The position numbers and the translations under genes were made by a program. DNA of 25,298 nt from Lysobacteraceae bacterium (lineage in GTDB: Bacteria > Pseudomonadota > Gammaproteobacteria > Xanthomonadales > Xanthomonadaceae): contig JBDSVN010000017.1 in the NCBI GenBank assembly GCA_039927175.1, forward strand, positions 1 through 25,298. Direction: 5' to 3'. Under the pieces are notes generated by a model that saw only the letters and a list, made by a program, of their open reading frames with translations, made no database searches and was not told where the DNA came from. How positions within the stretch are numbered: position 1 is the first letter of the stretch; each line of letters starts with the position of its first letter. This document shows, piece after piece, positions 8,803 through 17,372 of this stretch.

Positions 8803-10758
8803 ATGATGGCGAATGCGCGTGCAATTTTTGCGTTGCTGTTGTGCGTCTTCCTGCTCGATGGTTGCGCCGGCTTGCGCCGCAAAGACCTCGACCATGCCCA
8901 GGCGCTTGCCGTCGTGGCGCGCTCGACCGCACTCACTTGCGATCATGCCGATGCCTGCGCCGAACCCTCGCCACTGCGTGCGCTGGGCGATCGCGCGGTG
9001 TCTGAATCCAGCACCGACAAGCCGGTCAATTATGTGGAAATCATCGATTTCGGACAGGATTCGCTGCTCGGCCGGATCAACCTGATCCGCGGTGCGCGCA
9101 GCAGCATCGACATCCAGACCTTTATTCTTGGCGAAGATGATGCCGGCTTCCTGACCCTCAACGAACTCATCGCCGCCGCACGGCGTGGCGTGAAAGTACG
9201 GTTGATTGTCGACCAGTTGAACGCGCCTACCGACCTGGGATTGCTGGCCAACCTGGCAACCGTGCATGCGAACTTCCAGATGCGCCTGTACAACCCGACA
9301 TTCGGACGTGCGCGCACGTCGGCGGTGGGCTATGTCGCCTCGATCCTGTGCTGTTTCCACAGGTTCAACCAACGCATGCACAACAAGTTGATGGTAGTGG
9401 ATGGACGCGTGGCATTCACCGGCGGCCGCAACATTTCCGATCCGTATTTCGACTGGAGCCCGGATTTCGATTTTCTGGATCGCGACGCGCTCCTGGCCGG
9501 GCCGGAAGTCGGCAAGATGGAGCGCGAATTCAATCTGTTCTGGAACAGCCCACGCAGCGTACCGCTGGCCCGGCTCAAGGATGTCGCGCGCTTGCTGCTC
9601 GCCAACCAGGGCGCGCCGAAGATCGACCCGATCGAGCAGCAGCATCGCAGCCCGCGTGTATTGGCACTTGCGGCTGCTGCTTCGGATCAGGCCGAGATCG
9701 GCAAACGGTTGGTTGCCGATGCGCGAGCCGTGGATGCGCAATTCATCGGCGACGGCCCGCGCAAGCAGACCCGTCCCGCCGATGACACTCCCGGCAGGAC
9801 CACTAATGGATTGCACGAAATCATCGAAGGCGCACGCACTTCGGTTGTCATGCAAACCCCGTATCTGGTGCTGAGCAAGGAAGCACGCACGATGTTTCGC
9901 GACATGCACCAGCGCGCGAATGCGCCACAGGTGACGATCTCGACCAACAGCCTGGCATCCACCGACGCCATTCCGGTGTATGCACTGTCGTACAAATACA
10001 AGCGTCGTTACCTGCGCGAACTGGGTTTTCATATTTTCGAACTCAAGCCGCATCCGCTGGATGTGCCGATCGATTTCGCCGCGACCGGCGCGCCGGATCG
10101 GCCGCGCGATGAAAGCGGCAATGCCAGCAGCCAGGCGTCGGAAACTGCGGGTGTGCAGCTTCCGGAGCAGCCGGAAACAACCGATGACCAGTCCAACGAA
10201 AACGACACCCCACCACAGCGATTACGCGTGCGCAGCGAATTCAAACGCTTTCCAGGTCTCGGCTATGGCTCGAAGCTGCCTGCGCTGAACAGCGCTGGCG
10301 TGCGCATCAGCCTGCACTCCAAGGCGATGGTGATCGACGGCGCTATCGGCATCATCGGCTCGCACAATTTCGACCCGCGCTCGGACCACTACAACACCGA
10401 GGATGTGCTGGTGTTTCGTGATGCCATGCTGGCGCAACGGCTGCAGGATTCAATCCTGCGCGACACGGCACCGCAAAACGCATGGCTGATCGCGCGGCGG
10501 CCGCCATCTGCGGTGTCGCGGATCAACGGACGAATCACTGCATTGTTCGAGAACCTGCCGGTGTTCGACTTCTGGCCATTTCGATATGCCACCAGTTACG
10601 AACTCAATCCGGGGTGCGATCCGGTGCCTCCGAAGGATCCGCGTTTCGATGCATGCTGGACTCCGGTTGGCGATTTTCCCGGCGTCGATATTTCGTTCAA
10701 GACCTTCGCCACCCGCGTGCTGACGGCGTTCGGTGCCGGGTTGGCGCCGATCCTCTGA
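8803..10758 (+). CDS. Phospholipase D family protein (cardiolipin synthase ClsC-like), probable exported or lipoprotein
   Basis: Two HxKxxxxD motifs: RMHNKLMVVD...GGRNI and SLHSKAMVID...GSHNFDPRS. Hydrophobic N-terminus ARAIFALLLCVFLLDGC. The start is uncertain (8803/8806, or 8755). Confidence 0.9.
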   Translation: MMANARAIFALLLCVFLLDGCAGLRRKDLDHAQALAVVARSTALTCDHADACAEPSPLRALGDRAVSESSTDKPVNYVEIIDFGQDSLLGRINLIRGARSSIDIQTFILGEDDAGFLTLNELIAAARRGVKVRLIVDQLNAPTDLGLLANLATVHANFQMRLYNPTFGRARTSAVGYVASILCCFHRFNQRMHNKLMVVDGRVAFTGGRNISDPYFDWSPDFDFLDRDALLAGPEVGKMEREFNLFWNSPRSVPLARLKDVARLLLANQGAPKIDPIEQQHRSPRVLALAAAASDQAEIGKRLVADARAVDAQFIGDGPRKQTRPADDTPGRTTNGLHEIIEGARTSVVMQTPYLVLSKEARTMFRDMHQRANAPQVTISTNSLASTDAIPVYALSYKYKRRYLRELGFHIFELKPHPLDVPIDFAATGAPDRPRDESGNASSQASETAGVQLPEQPETTDDQSNENDTPPQRLRVRSEFKRFPGLGYGSKLPALNSAGVRISLHSKAMVIDGAIGIIGSHNFDPRSDHYNTEDVLVFRDAMLAQRLQDSILRDTAPQNAWLIARRPPSAVSRINGRITALFENLPVFDFWPFRYATSYELNPGCDPVPPKDPRFDACWTPVGDFPGVDISFKTFATRVLTAFGAGLAPIL

Positions 10759-10874
10759 AGCTTGGCCGCTACAGCTGCCCCGCACCGATTCGGCCTGGTC
10801 CAGATGCCCTCCACGATTGACCGCACGCCCGTCTGGGCCTAGTCTGCTGCTTCCATCCGTAGCGCGGTGCCATC

Positions 10875-11489
10875 ATGCCGATTTCGATCAATCTCGAACT
10901 GTCCGACCAGGACATCGAACATTTCAGTACTGCGATGAAAGCCACGCGGCATGGTGCTGCGAATGCATCGGTCGCGGACGTCACCGAAGCAGCAACGCGG
11001 TTGCTCCGTGAGGCACAGAGCGCCGTCGTCCCGCCATTCGTCTCGGAACGGCTGGCGCGCCTGGACCAGCTGATTGCGATGGTGCGCGACGAAGGCTGGG
11101 GGATGGAAGGCGAAGACACTCAGCGCGTGCTCTCGGCGCTGGAATATTTTTCCAATCCCGACGACATCATTCCCGATTCGACGCCCGTGCTCGGTTATCT
11201 CGACGACGCGATCATGATTGAAGTGTGCGTGCGCGAATTGGCGCATGAACTGGCCGCGTACGAGGAATTCTGCGATTACCGCCAGTGCGAAGCCGATCGA
11301 CGCGGCATGAACCCGGCTGATGTCGGCCGCGCCGACTGGCTGGAAGGCCGTCGCGAGGAATTGCAGGATCGCATGCACCGTCGTCGTGCCCGCGACTACG
11401 GCACCGGCTACGGCAGCAGCAGCGGCTACGCGAAGAACAGCAGTTACGTCGATCAGGGCTGGCGGCCGAGCCTGTTCCGCACATCCTGA
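10875..11489 (+). CDS. YkvA/DUF1232 family protein
   Basis: Family signature ALEYFSNPDDIIPDSTPVLGYLDDAI; 204 aa. Confidence 0.85.
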   Translation: MPISINLELSDQDIEHFSTAMKATRHGAANASVADVTEAATRLLREAQSAVVPPFVSERLARLDQLIAMVRDEGWGMEGEDTQRVLSALEYFSNPDDIIPDSTPVLGYLDDAIMIEVCVRELAHELAAYEEFCDYRQCEADRRGMNPADVGRADWLEGRREELQDRMHRRRARDYGTGYGSSSGYAKNSSYVDQGWRPSLFRTS

Positions 11490-11510
11490 TCCTCAGCACA
11501 GCATCGATAC

Positions 11511-11570
11511 GCGTTGAACGCAGCATCCCTTGCGGCATGTGTTGCAGCGCGCGTTCGTTCAACGCAGCAT
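11511..11570. repeat. Intergenic inverted repeat overlapping a direct repeat
   Basis: GCGTTGAACG (11511-11520) is the reverse complement of CGTTCAACGC (11556-11565). AACGCAGCAT occurs at both 11517-11526 and 11561-11570. Confidence 0.55.
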
Positions 11571-11626
11571 GAAGGCAGCGTCCGCGACAGAGTGCAGGCT
11601 CTAGTCGCGTCGTGCAGAATCGTGCG

Positions 11627-12418
11627 ATGGAATTGATTGATCCCGCCGCGGCGCGTGGCGATGCGCTGCGTCCCTTGCGTTATCTGTTGCGCGTGCCGTT
11701 GCTGCTGCTGCATCTGCTGATCTCGCTGCCGATCACGTTGCTGCTGATCGCGTTGCCGACCGCGTCGCTGCGTTTGCCGGGCGGCGAGCGCGTCGACCAT
11801 CGCGCGATTCGCGCCTGGTCGGCCGGCTTGCTGCGCATCTTTGGATTCCGGTTGCGTCGACTTGGCCAGCCGGTGCGAACGGCGGCGCTGTTCGTTGCCA
11901 ACCACGTCAGCTGGATCGACATCAGCCTGATGCACAGCCAGCACGCAGTCGGCTTCGTGGCCAAGGACGAAATCAGCCGTTGGCCAGTAGTCGGCTGGCT
12001 CGCCAGTCGCGGCGGCACCATCTATCACCAGCGCGGCAACGACCATTCGCTGCGTGGCGTGATGGAACAGATGGTCGAACGACTGCGCAGCGGTTTGGGA
12101 GTCGGCGTGTTTCCCGAGGGTGGCACGGGCGATGGTCGCGCATTGCGCGTCTTCCATGCGCGCATCCTGCAAGCTGCGGTGGATGCCGACGTGCCCGTGC
12201 AACCGGTGGCACTGCGTTACGGCGACCACGGCAACGCACAAATGCTTGTCGCGTTCGGCAAGGGCGAATCGTTCGCGCACAATTTTTTCCGGTTGCTGGG
12301 CAGCCCGGGCTGCGTTGCCGAAGTGCATTTCCTGGAACCGGTTGCGCCAGTCGCTGGCGGACGCCGCGGCATGTCCGACAAGGCGCGCGCGCGCATCGCC
12401 GAGGCGCTGGCGACGTGA
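11627..12418 (+). CDS. Lysophospholipid/1-acyl-sn-glycerol-3-phosphate acyltransferase (PlsC family)
   Basis: Catalytic motif ANHVSWID (NHxxxxD), FVAKDEI, VFPEG, VQPVALRY and an N-terminal hydrophobic segment. Start is ATG 11627 or GTG 11612. Confidence 0.92.
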   Translation: MELIDPAAARGDALRPLRYLLRVPLLLLHLLISLPITLLLIALPTASLRLPGGERVDHRAIRAWSAGLLRIFGFRLRRLGQPVRTAALFVANHVSWIDISLMHSQHAVGFVAKDEISRWPVVGWLASRGGTIYHQRGNDHSLRGVMEQMVERLRSGLGVGVFPEGGTGDGRALRVFHARILQAAVDADVPVQPVALRYGDHGNAQMLVAFGKGESFAHNFFRLLGSPGCVAEVHFLEPVAPVAGGRRGMSDKARARIAEALAT

Positions 12419-13464
12419 CCCACGCCCGCGATTACGCGCCGCCGACCTGGTTGCTGGGGCCGCACGTGCAATCGGTGCTGTCGTCAAGCTCATTGCGTCG
12501 CGTACGCGGCGCGCGGGCGTTGGCAAGACTCGGCACGCAAACCACCGAAATGATCCTCGATGCCGGCGACGGCGTGCGCCTGCAGGGTTTCCACTCAAGC
12601 TTGCCGCGTACGCCGCGCGGACTGGTCCTGTTGCTGCATGGCTGGGAAGGCAGCTCCGAATCGGGCTACATGCTGCACACCGCGGCGGTGCTGCTGGAAG
12701 CTGGCTTTAACGTGTTCCGACTGAATTTTCGCGATCACGGCGACACCCATCACCTCAACGAAGACCTCTTCCATTCCTGCCGTTTACGCGAGGTGCTCAA
12801 CGCCGCGCGCGTGGTGGCAGAACAGATTTCGATACGCCCGTTCCTCGCGGCGGGCTATTCGCTTGGCGGCAATTTCGCGCTGAGGATTGCATTGCATGCG
12901 CCAACTGAAAATATTCCGCTGAGCCACGCCGTAGCGGTCTGTCCGGTGCTGGATCCGGCCGCCGGCATGAGCGCGCTTGAAACCGGCATGCCGCTGTACC
13001 ACTGGTATTTCATGCGCAAGTGGCGCGGTTCGTTGCGGCGCAAGCGTGCATTGTTCCCGAAGCGCCACGACTTCAACGATGCAACGCTGAAACAGGACAT
13101 GCGTGGGCTGACCACTTGGATGGTCGAGCGCTATACCAACCTCGGGCTGCTTGAAAACTATCTGGACGGCTATTCCGTGTCCGGTGATCGACTGGCCGGT
13201 TTGCAGATTCCGGTGAACATCCTCACCGCAGAGGACGATCCGGTGATTCCTGTCGCCGATTTCCGCAAGCTGCAACTTCCTGCGCATTCGTCGCTGGAAA
13301 TCGCGCCGCATGGCGGCCATTGCGGATTCCTCGAAGGCATCAACCTGCAAGGTTTTGCCGAAAAATGGGTGCGTGCGCAATTGCTGGCTGGGCTTGGCGA
13401 GCAAATGCCCAGCGAGCCCGTGGCGACTGGGCACGTTACAATTCCATCCCCGCCCGCTTCCTGA
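12415..13464 (+). CDS. YheT-family alpha/beta hydrolase (ABHD1/2/3-like)
   Basis: GTG start overlaps the acyltransferase TGA (GTGA at 12415-12418). Motifs GPHVQS, LLHGWEGSSES, RLNFRDHG, nucleophile elbow GYSLGG, AEDDPVI and GGHCGF. Confidence 0.9.
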   Translation: MTHARDYAPPTWLLGPHVQSVLSSSSLRRVRGARALARLGTQTTEMILDAGDGVRLQGFHSSLPRTPRGLVLLLHGWEGSSESGYMLHTAAVLLEAGFNVFRLNFRDHGDTHHLNEDLFHSCRLREVLNAARVVAEQISIRPFLAAGYSLGGNFALRIALHAPTENIPLSHAVAVCPVLDPAAGMSALETGMPLYHWYFMRKWRGSLRRKRALFPKRHDFNDATLKQDMRGLTTWMVERYTNLGLLENYLDGYSVSGDRLAGLQIPVNILTAEDDPVIPVADFRKLQLPAHSSLEIAPHGGHCGFLEGINLQGFAEKWVRAQLLAGLGEQMPSEPVATGHVTIPSPPAS

Positions 13465-13473
13465 AAACTCCGC

Positions 13474-15594
13474 ATGCTGGACGATGTGAAAGACGCGCTG
13501 CGCCGTCATGCAACCGGCGAGGCGTTGACCAAGGCCCGCGACGCAGTACAGGCCCAACCCGGAAATGCCGAGGCGCACCATTTGCTCGGGCTTGCGCTGC
13601 AGGCGCAGGGCAATTCGGGCGAGGCACACCAGAGCTTCGATCAAGCGATCGCGCTAGCACCGGACAATGCCGCCTACCAGGTCAGCCGTGCGGGCCTGTT
13701 GCTGGGCGAGGGTGATCGCGAACAGGCGCAACAGGCGCTGGACAAGGCAATCGCGATCGACCCCAACCAGGTTGCCGCCTACATCATGGCATCGCATCTT
13801 GCGTTGACCCGCGACGACCTGACCGAAGCCGAGCGTCTGCTCAAGCGTGCGGCGTTGGTCAACCCGAACCATCCGCATACGATCGTCACCCTGGGCCAGC
13901 TGGAGACCCGGCGCGGCAATCACGACGAAGCCTTGAAGCTTTACAACGACGCGTTCGCGGCTGCCCCTGACGACACGCTGGTGCTTTCTGCGCTGGCGCA
14001 TGCGTACCTCGCGCGTGGCAATGCCGCGTTTGCCGAGCAGACCTATCGGCGCGCATTACTTGGCGATCCGCGACAAGTCGCATTGCGCCGTGGTTTGTTC
14101 GAGGCATTGCGTGCGCAAAACCGGATGGAGGACGCTGCACTCGAGCTGGTGCAATTGCGCCGCGATCTACCGGACGATATCGGCCTGTTGCAACTGTCAG
14201 GCGAGTTCGCGCTGTACGAGGGCCAGATCGACGATGCCTTGCGTGCGTTCCGTGGCGTGCTTGAACAACAACCGCGCAGCCCTCGCGCACTCACGGGCGC
14301 GATGCGTATCTGGCAGGGCGAGCACCAGGAGCAGCAGGGACGCGTCGTACTGGACGGTTTACTGGAGCGCGATCCGCAGGCCGAGAACGCCTGGGAAGCA
14401 CGCTTCGCACTGGAAGTCGGACAATCCGATGCATCGCGCGCGGTACTTGAGCGTTGGCTTGTCGCTATGCCCGAAAGCGCGGCCGCACTCGAGATTTCCG
14501 CGCAGATCCAGGAGGCTGAAGGCAACTTCGCCGAAGCCGAGGCTTTGGCTGATCGTGCGATGGTCCAGCCTACACTGCGTTTGGCCGCCGAGTTGGTCAA
14601 GGCGCGCGCGCAATTACATTCAGATCCCGAAGCGGCAATCAAACGCCTCGAATATCTCGCTGGCGTTGTCACCAGCAAGGCGCATAAACGCGCGGTGCTT
14701 GGATGGCTTGGCTATGCCTGTGATCGGGCCGGGCACTTGGCGCAGGCGATCGATGTCTGGGAGCAGGCGCAGGCGCTGGATGACGACACTCTGGGCTTGC
14801 CTGTGCTCGGCGATATCGACGATCAACTCGAACGCGCGACCGAGTCGGCACGGGCTGCGTCGAACGAAGTGAAGGAGCCACCGGCAATCTTGCTGTGGGG
14901 GCCGCCCGGCAGTGGCGTGGAGCGCGTCGCCGCGATCTTGCGTACCCAGCCGGAATTCCCGTTGCTGGATGACCGCATGCACCAGACTGTGCGGCGCGAT
15001 GGATTCCAGACCGGCGATTTCAGCCACCTGATCAATCCCGATCGCGAGGTCGCCGCCGCCGAAGCATTTGCCAGTTACTGGCGCAGCGGCGTGGCGGATA
15101 TGGGTTATGCCGGCGTCACCGTGATCGACTGGCTGCGTCGGTGGGATGCGCGGCTTGCGCCCGCCGTGCGGCGCGCATTGCCGGGCTCGGTATTGGTCGT
15201 CGCAATGCGTGACCCTCGCGACATGCTGCTCAACTGGATTGCGTATGGCTCGCCGTCGCGATTTGCATTTCCGGGTGTGCTGGCTGCCAGCAACTGGCTG
15301 GCGATGTCGCTCGAGCACCTTGGCTGGTTATCCGATCACCCGTTGTTCAATCTTTGCTTGCTGCAGGTGGACGATATTGACGATGGCGCACCGCATGTCG
15401 CCGAGCAGTTGCAGCGTTTCCTGCGCTTGAACGAAACGCCCTCGACGAGCCTGTCCGATCGGCTGAAGTTGGCGCAAGGCGGGCATCCATCGCGACTACC
15501 GGCGGGTCACTGGCGGGAGTATCGCGATGTGCTTGCGGAGGCATTCAAGCGACTGACGCCAATCGCCGAACGGCTCGGTTATCCGGTGGAGTAG
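13474..15594 (+). CDS. Tetratricopeptide-repeat protein with a C-terminal sulfotransferase-like (P-loop) domain
   Basis: About ten TPR-like boundaries (AQPGNAEAH, LAPDNAAY, IDPNQVAAY, VNPNHPHT, AAPDDTLV, GDPRQVAL, DLPDDIGL, QQPRSPRAL, RDPQAENAW, AMPESAAAL). The C-terminal region has ILLWGPPGSGVER and VAMRDPRD. Confidence 0.85.
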   Translation: MLDDVKDALRRHATGEALTKARDAVQAQPGNAEAHHLLGLALQAQGNSGEAHQSFDQAIALAPDNAAYQVSRAGLLLGEGDREQAQQALDKAIAIDPNQVAAYIMASHLALTRDDLTEAERLLKRAALVNPNHPHTIVTLGQLETRRGNHDEALKLYNDAFAAAPDDTLVLSALAHAYLARGNAAFAEQTYRRALLGDPRQVALRRGLFEALRAQNRMEDAALELVQLRRDLPDDIGLLQLSGEFALYEGQIDDALRAFRGVLEQQPRSPRALTGAMRIWQGEHQEQQGRVVLDGLLERDPQAENAWEARFALEVGQSDASRAVLERWLVAMPESAAALEISAQIQEAEGNFAEAEALADRAMVQPTLRLAAELVKARAQLHSDPEAAIKRLEYLAGVVTSKAHKRAVLGWLGYACDRAGHLAQAIDVWEQAQALDDDTLGLPVLGDIDDQLERATESARAASNEVKEPPAILLWGPPGSGVERVAAILRTQPEFPLLDDRMHQTVRRDGFQTGDFSHLINPDREVAAAEAFASYWRSGVADMGYAGVTVIDWLRRWDARLAPAVRRALPGSVLVVAMRDPRDMLLNWIAYGSPSRFAFPGVLAASNWLAMSLEHLGWLSDHPLFNLCLLQVDDIDDGAPHVAEQLQRFLRLNETPSTSLSDRLKLAQGGHPSRLPAGHWREYRDVLAEAFKRLTPIAERLGYPVE

Positions 15595-15657
15595 AGCGGC
15601 TGATGCTGCAGCTCCTGCCTGGGGAGCCGCGTAGACAAGTCATTCAGGAGGCCAGCC

Positions 15658-16758
15658 ATGCGTTTGCCGTTACTGTCGCTGCTGCTTGCGTCGCAAGGCA
15701 TCTTCGCCATGTCGCCCGGGCAACTTGTCGCGAGCCTCCACGTACCATCTGGATTCACCGTCACCCTGTACGCCAATGGCGTTGCCAATGCGCGCGCGAT
15801 GGCGTGGGGCGATCGCGGCACGCTGTTCGTCGGCTCGTAAGCAGCCGGCAAGGTGTATGCATTGCGCGACGACAATCACGATGGTCGCGCCGACAGCGTC
15901 CGCGTGATCGCAAGTGGCTTGCGCGTTCCGCTTGGCGTGGCGTTCCGCAATGGCGCGCTCTACGTCAGTGCGATCGACCGCATCCTGCGCTACGACGCGA
16001 TCGAATCGAAACTGGATGCGCCGCCAACGCCAGTCGTCATCGTCAACGACTTGCCGCACGACGGACACCATGGAGGGCGCTATCTCGCGTTCGGCCCGGA
16101 CGGCAAGCTGTATGTGCCGATCGGGGCGCCGTGCAATGTCTGCGATCGGCCCGGTTACGCGAAGCTCACGCGCATGAACGCCGATGGCAGTGCGCGCGAG
16201 GATGTCGCGCTCGGTATCCGCAACACGGTCGGATTCGCGTGGGATCCACTGACGCAACACCTGTGGTTCACCGACAACGGTCGCGACCTGCTCGGCGACG
16301 ATGTGCCGAGTGATGAATTGAACGTCGCCAGCAAACCGAAGCAGCATTTCGGATTTCCGTATTGCCATCAAGGTGATGTGCTCGATCCCGATTTCGGCAA
16401 AGGCAAGTCGTGCGGCGATTACACGCCGCCTGCGGCGAGACTTGGCGCGCATGTCGCGGCACTTGGCATCGCGTTCTACACCGGCAAGATGTTCCCTGCC
16501 GCTTACCGCAACAACGTCTTCATCGCCGAACACGGGTCGTGGAATCGATCGAGCAAGAGCGGTTATCGTGTCGTGCGCGGGGAAATCAAAGGTGATCGGG
16601 TTGGGCGTATCACCCCGTTTCTGACCGGCTTCCTCGATGGCCAGGACACCCTGGGCCGACCGGTTGCACTGACTGTGGCGCCCGACGGCGCGCTGCTAGT
16701 GTCGGATGATTTCCAGGGCGCGATTTACCGCATCGCATACACCGGAGGTTCCAGATGA
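15658..16758 (+). pseudogene. PQQ-dependent sugar (glucose/sorbosone) dehydrogenase-like beta-propeller, interrupted by an in-frame TAA
   Basis: ORFs 15658-15840 and 15853-16758 share a frame: ...GTLFVGS*AAGKVYALRD. RBS AGGAGG and a signal-peptide-like start. Family motifs LAFGPDGKLY, GIRNTVGFAWDP, WFTDNGRD, FGFPYCH, AEHGSWNR and GRPVALTVAPDGALLVSDD. It could be a real nonsense allele or a sequencing error. Confidence 0.8.
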
Positions 16759-17372
16759 AATTGCACAGCGACAGTTTCTCGCACAGGCAGGCGATTCCAT
16801 CGCGCTTCGCGATGGGCCGCATGGGCGACACGTTTTCCGACAACCGCAATCCGCAGCTGGCGTGGAGCGATGCGCCGGAACGCACACAATCGTTCGCATT
16901 GCTGTGCATCGATCCGGATGTGCCGACGGTTGCCGACATGGTCGGCAAGGCTGGTGTGGAAATTCCGATCGAGCAGGTGCGTACGGAATTCGTGCATTGG
17001 GTGATGGCCGATATTCCTGCCGACGTGCGCGAGATTGCCGAAGCTGCGTGGTCGAGTGGCGTGACGATCGGTGGCAAGCACGACCTGCAAGGCTCGCACG
17101 CGGCGCGCCACGGATTGAACAGTTACACCGACTGGTTCGCCGGCAACAAGGACATGGCTGGCGATTATCTTGGTTACGACGGCCCGTTCCCGCCGTCCAA
17201 CGACCTGCGCGTGCATCGGTATTTCTTCCGCTTGTTTGCGCTCGATGTCGCGCACCTCGACTTGCCTTCGCGTTTCACCGCGAGCGACGTGCTGCACGCA
17301 ATGCAGGGGCATCTGCTGGTGGAGGCGCTGACGTACGGAACCTATTCGCTGCACCCAGCCCACGCACCATGA
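16755..17372 (+). CDS. YbhB/YbcL family (PEBP/Raf kinase inhibitor-like) protein
   Basis: NRNPQLAWS, ALLCIDPDVP, FVHWVMADIP, GYDGPFPP and VHRYFFRLFALD. ATGA overlap with the upstream stop; RBS GGAGG at 16744. Confidence 0.92.
   Translation: MKLHSDSFSHRQAIPSRFAMGRMGDTFSDNRNPQLAWSDAPERTQSFALLCIDPDVPTVADMVGKAGVEIPIEQVRTEFVHWVMADIPADVREIAEAAWSSGVTIGGKHDLQGSHAARHGLNSYTDWFAGNKDMAGDYLGYDGPFPPSNDLRVHRYFFRLFALDVAHLDLPSRFTASDVLHAMQGHLLVEALTYGTYSLHPAHAP

Noticed and set aside
8803-10758. Idea that the PLD is a T6SS-type effector neutralised by the three paralogues
   Set aside because: The PLD looks like a signal-bearing ClsC-like housekeeping enzyme. There are no vgrG, PAAR or adaptor genes, and the array is separated from it by three genes. 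Kept only as a remote possibility.
11980-12414. Upstream extension of the YheT hydrolase ORF (494 aa call)
   Set aside because: It overlaps the acyltransferase in another frame and is R/G-rich. The GTG at 12415 gives a typical coupled start.
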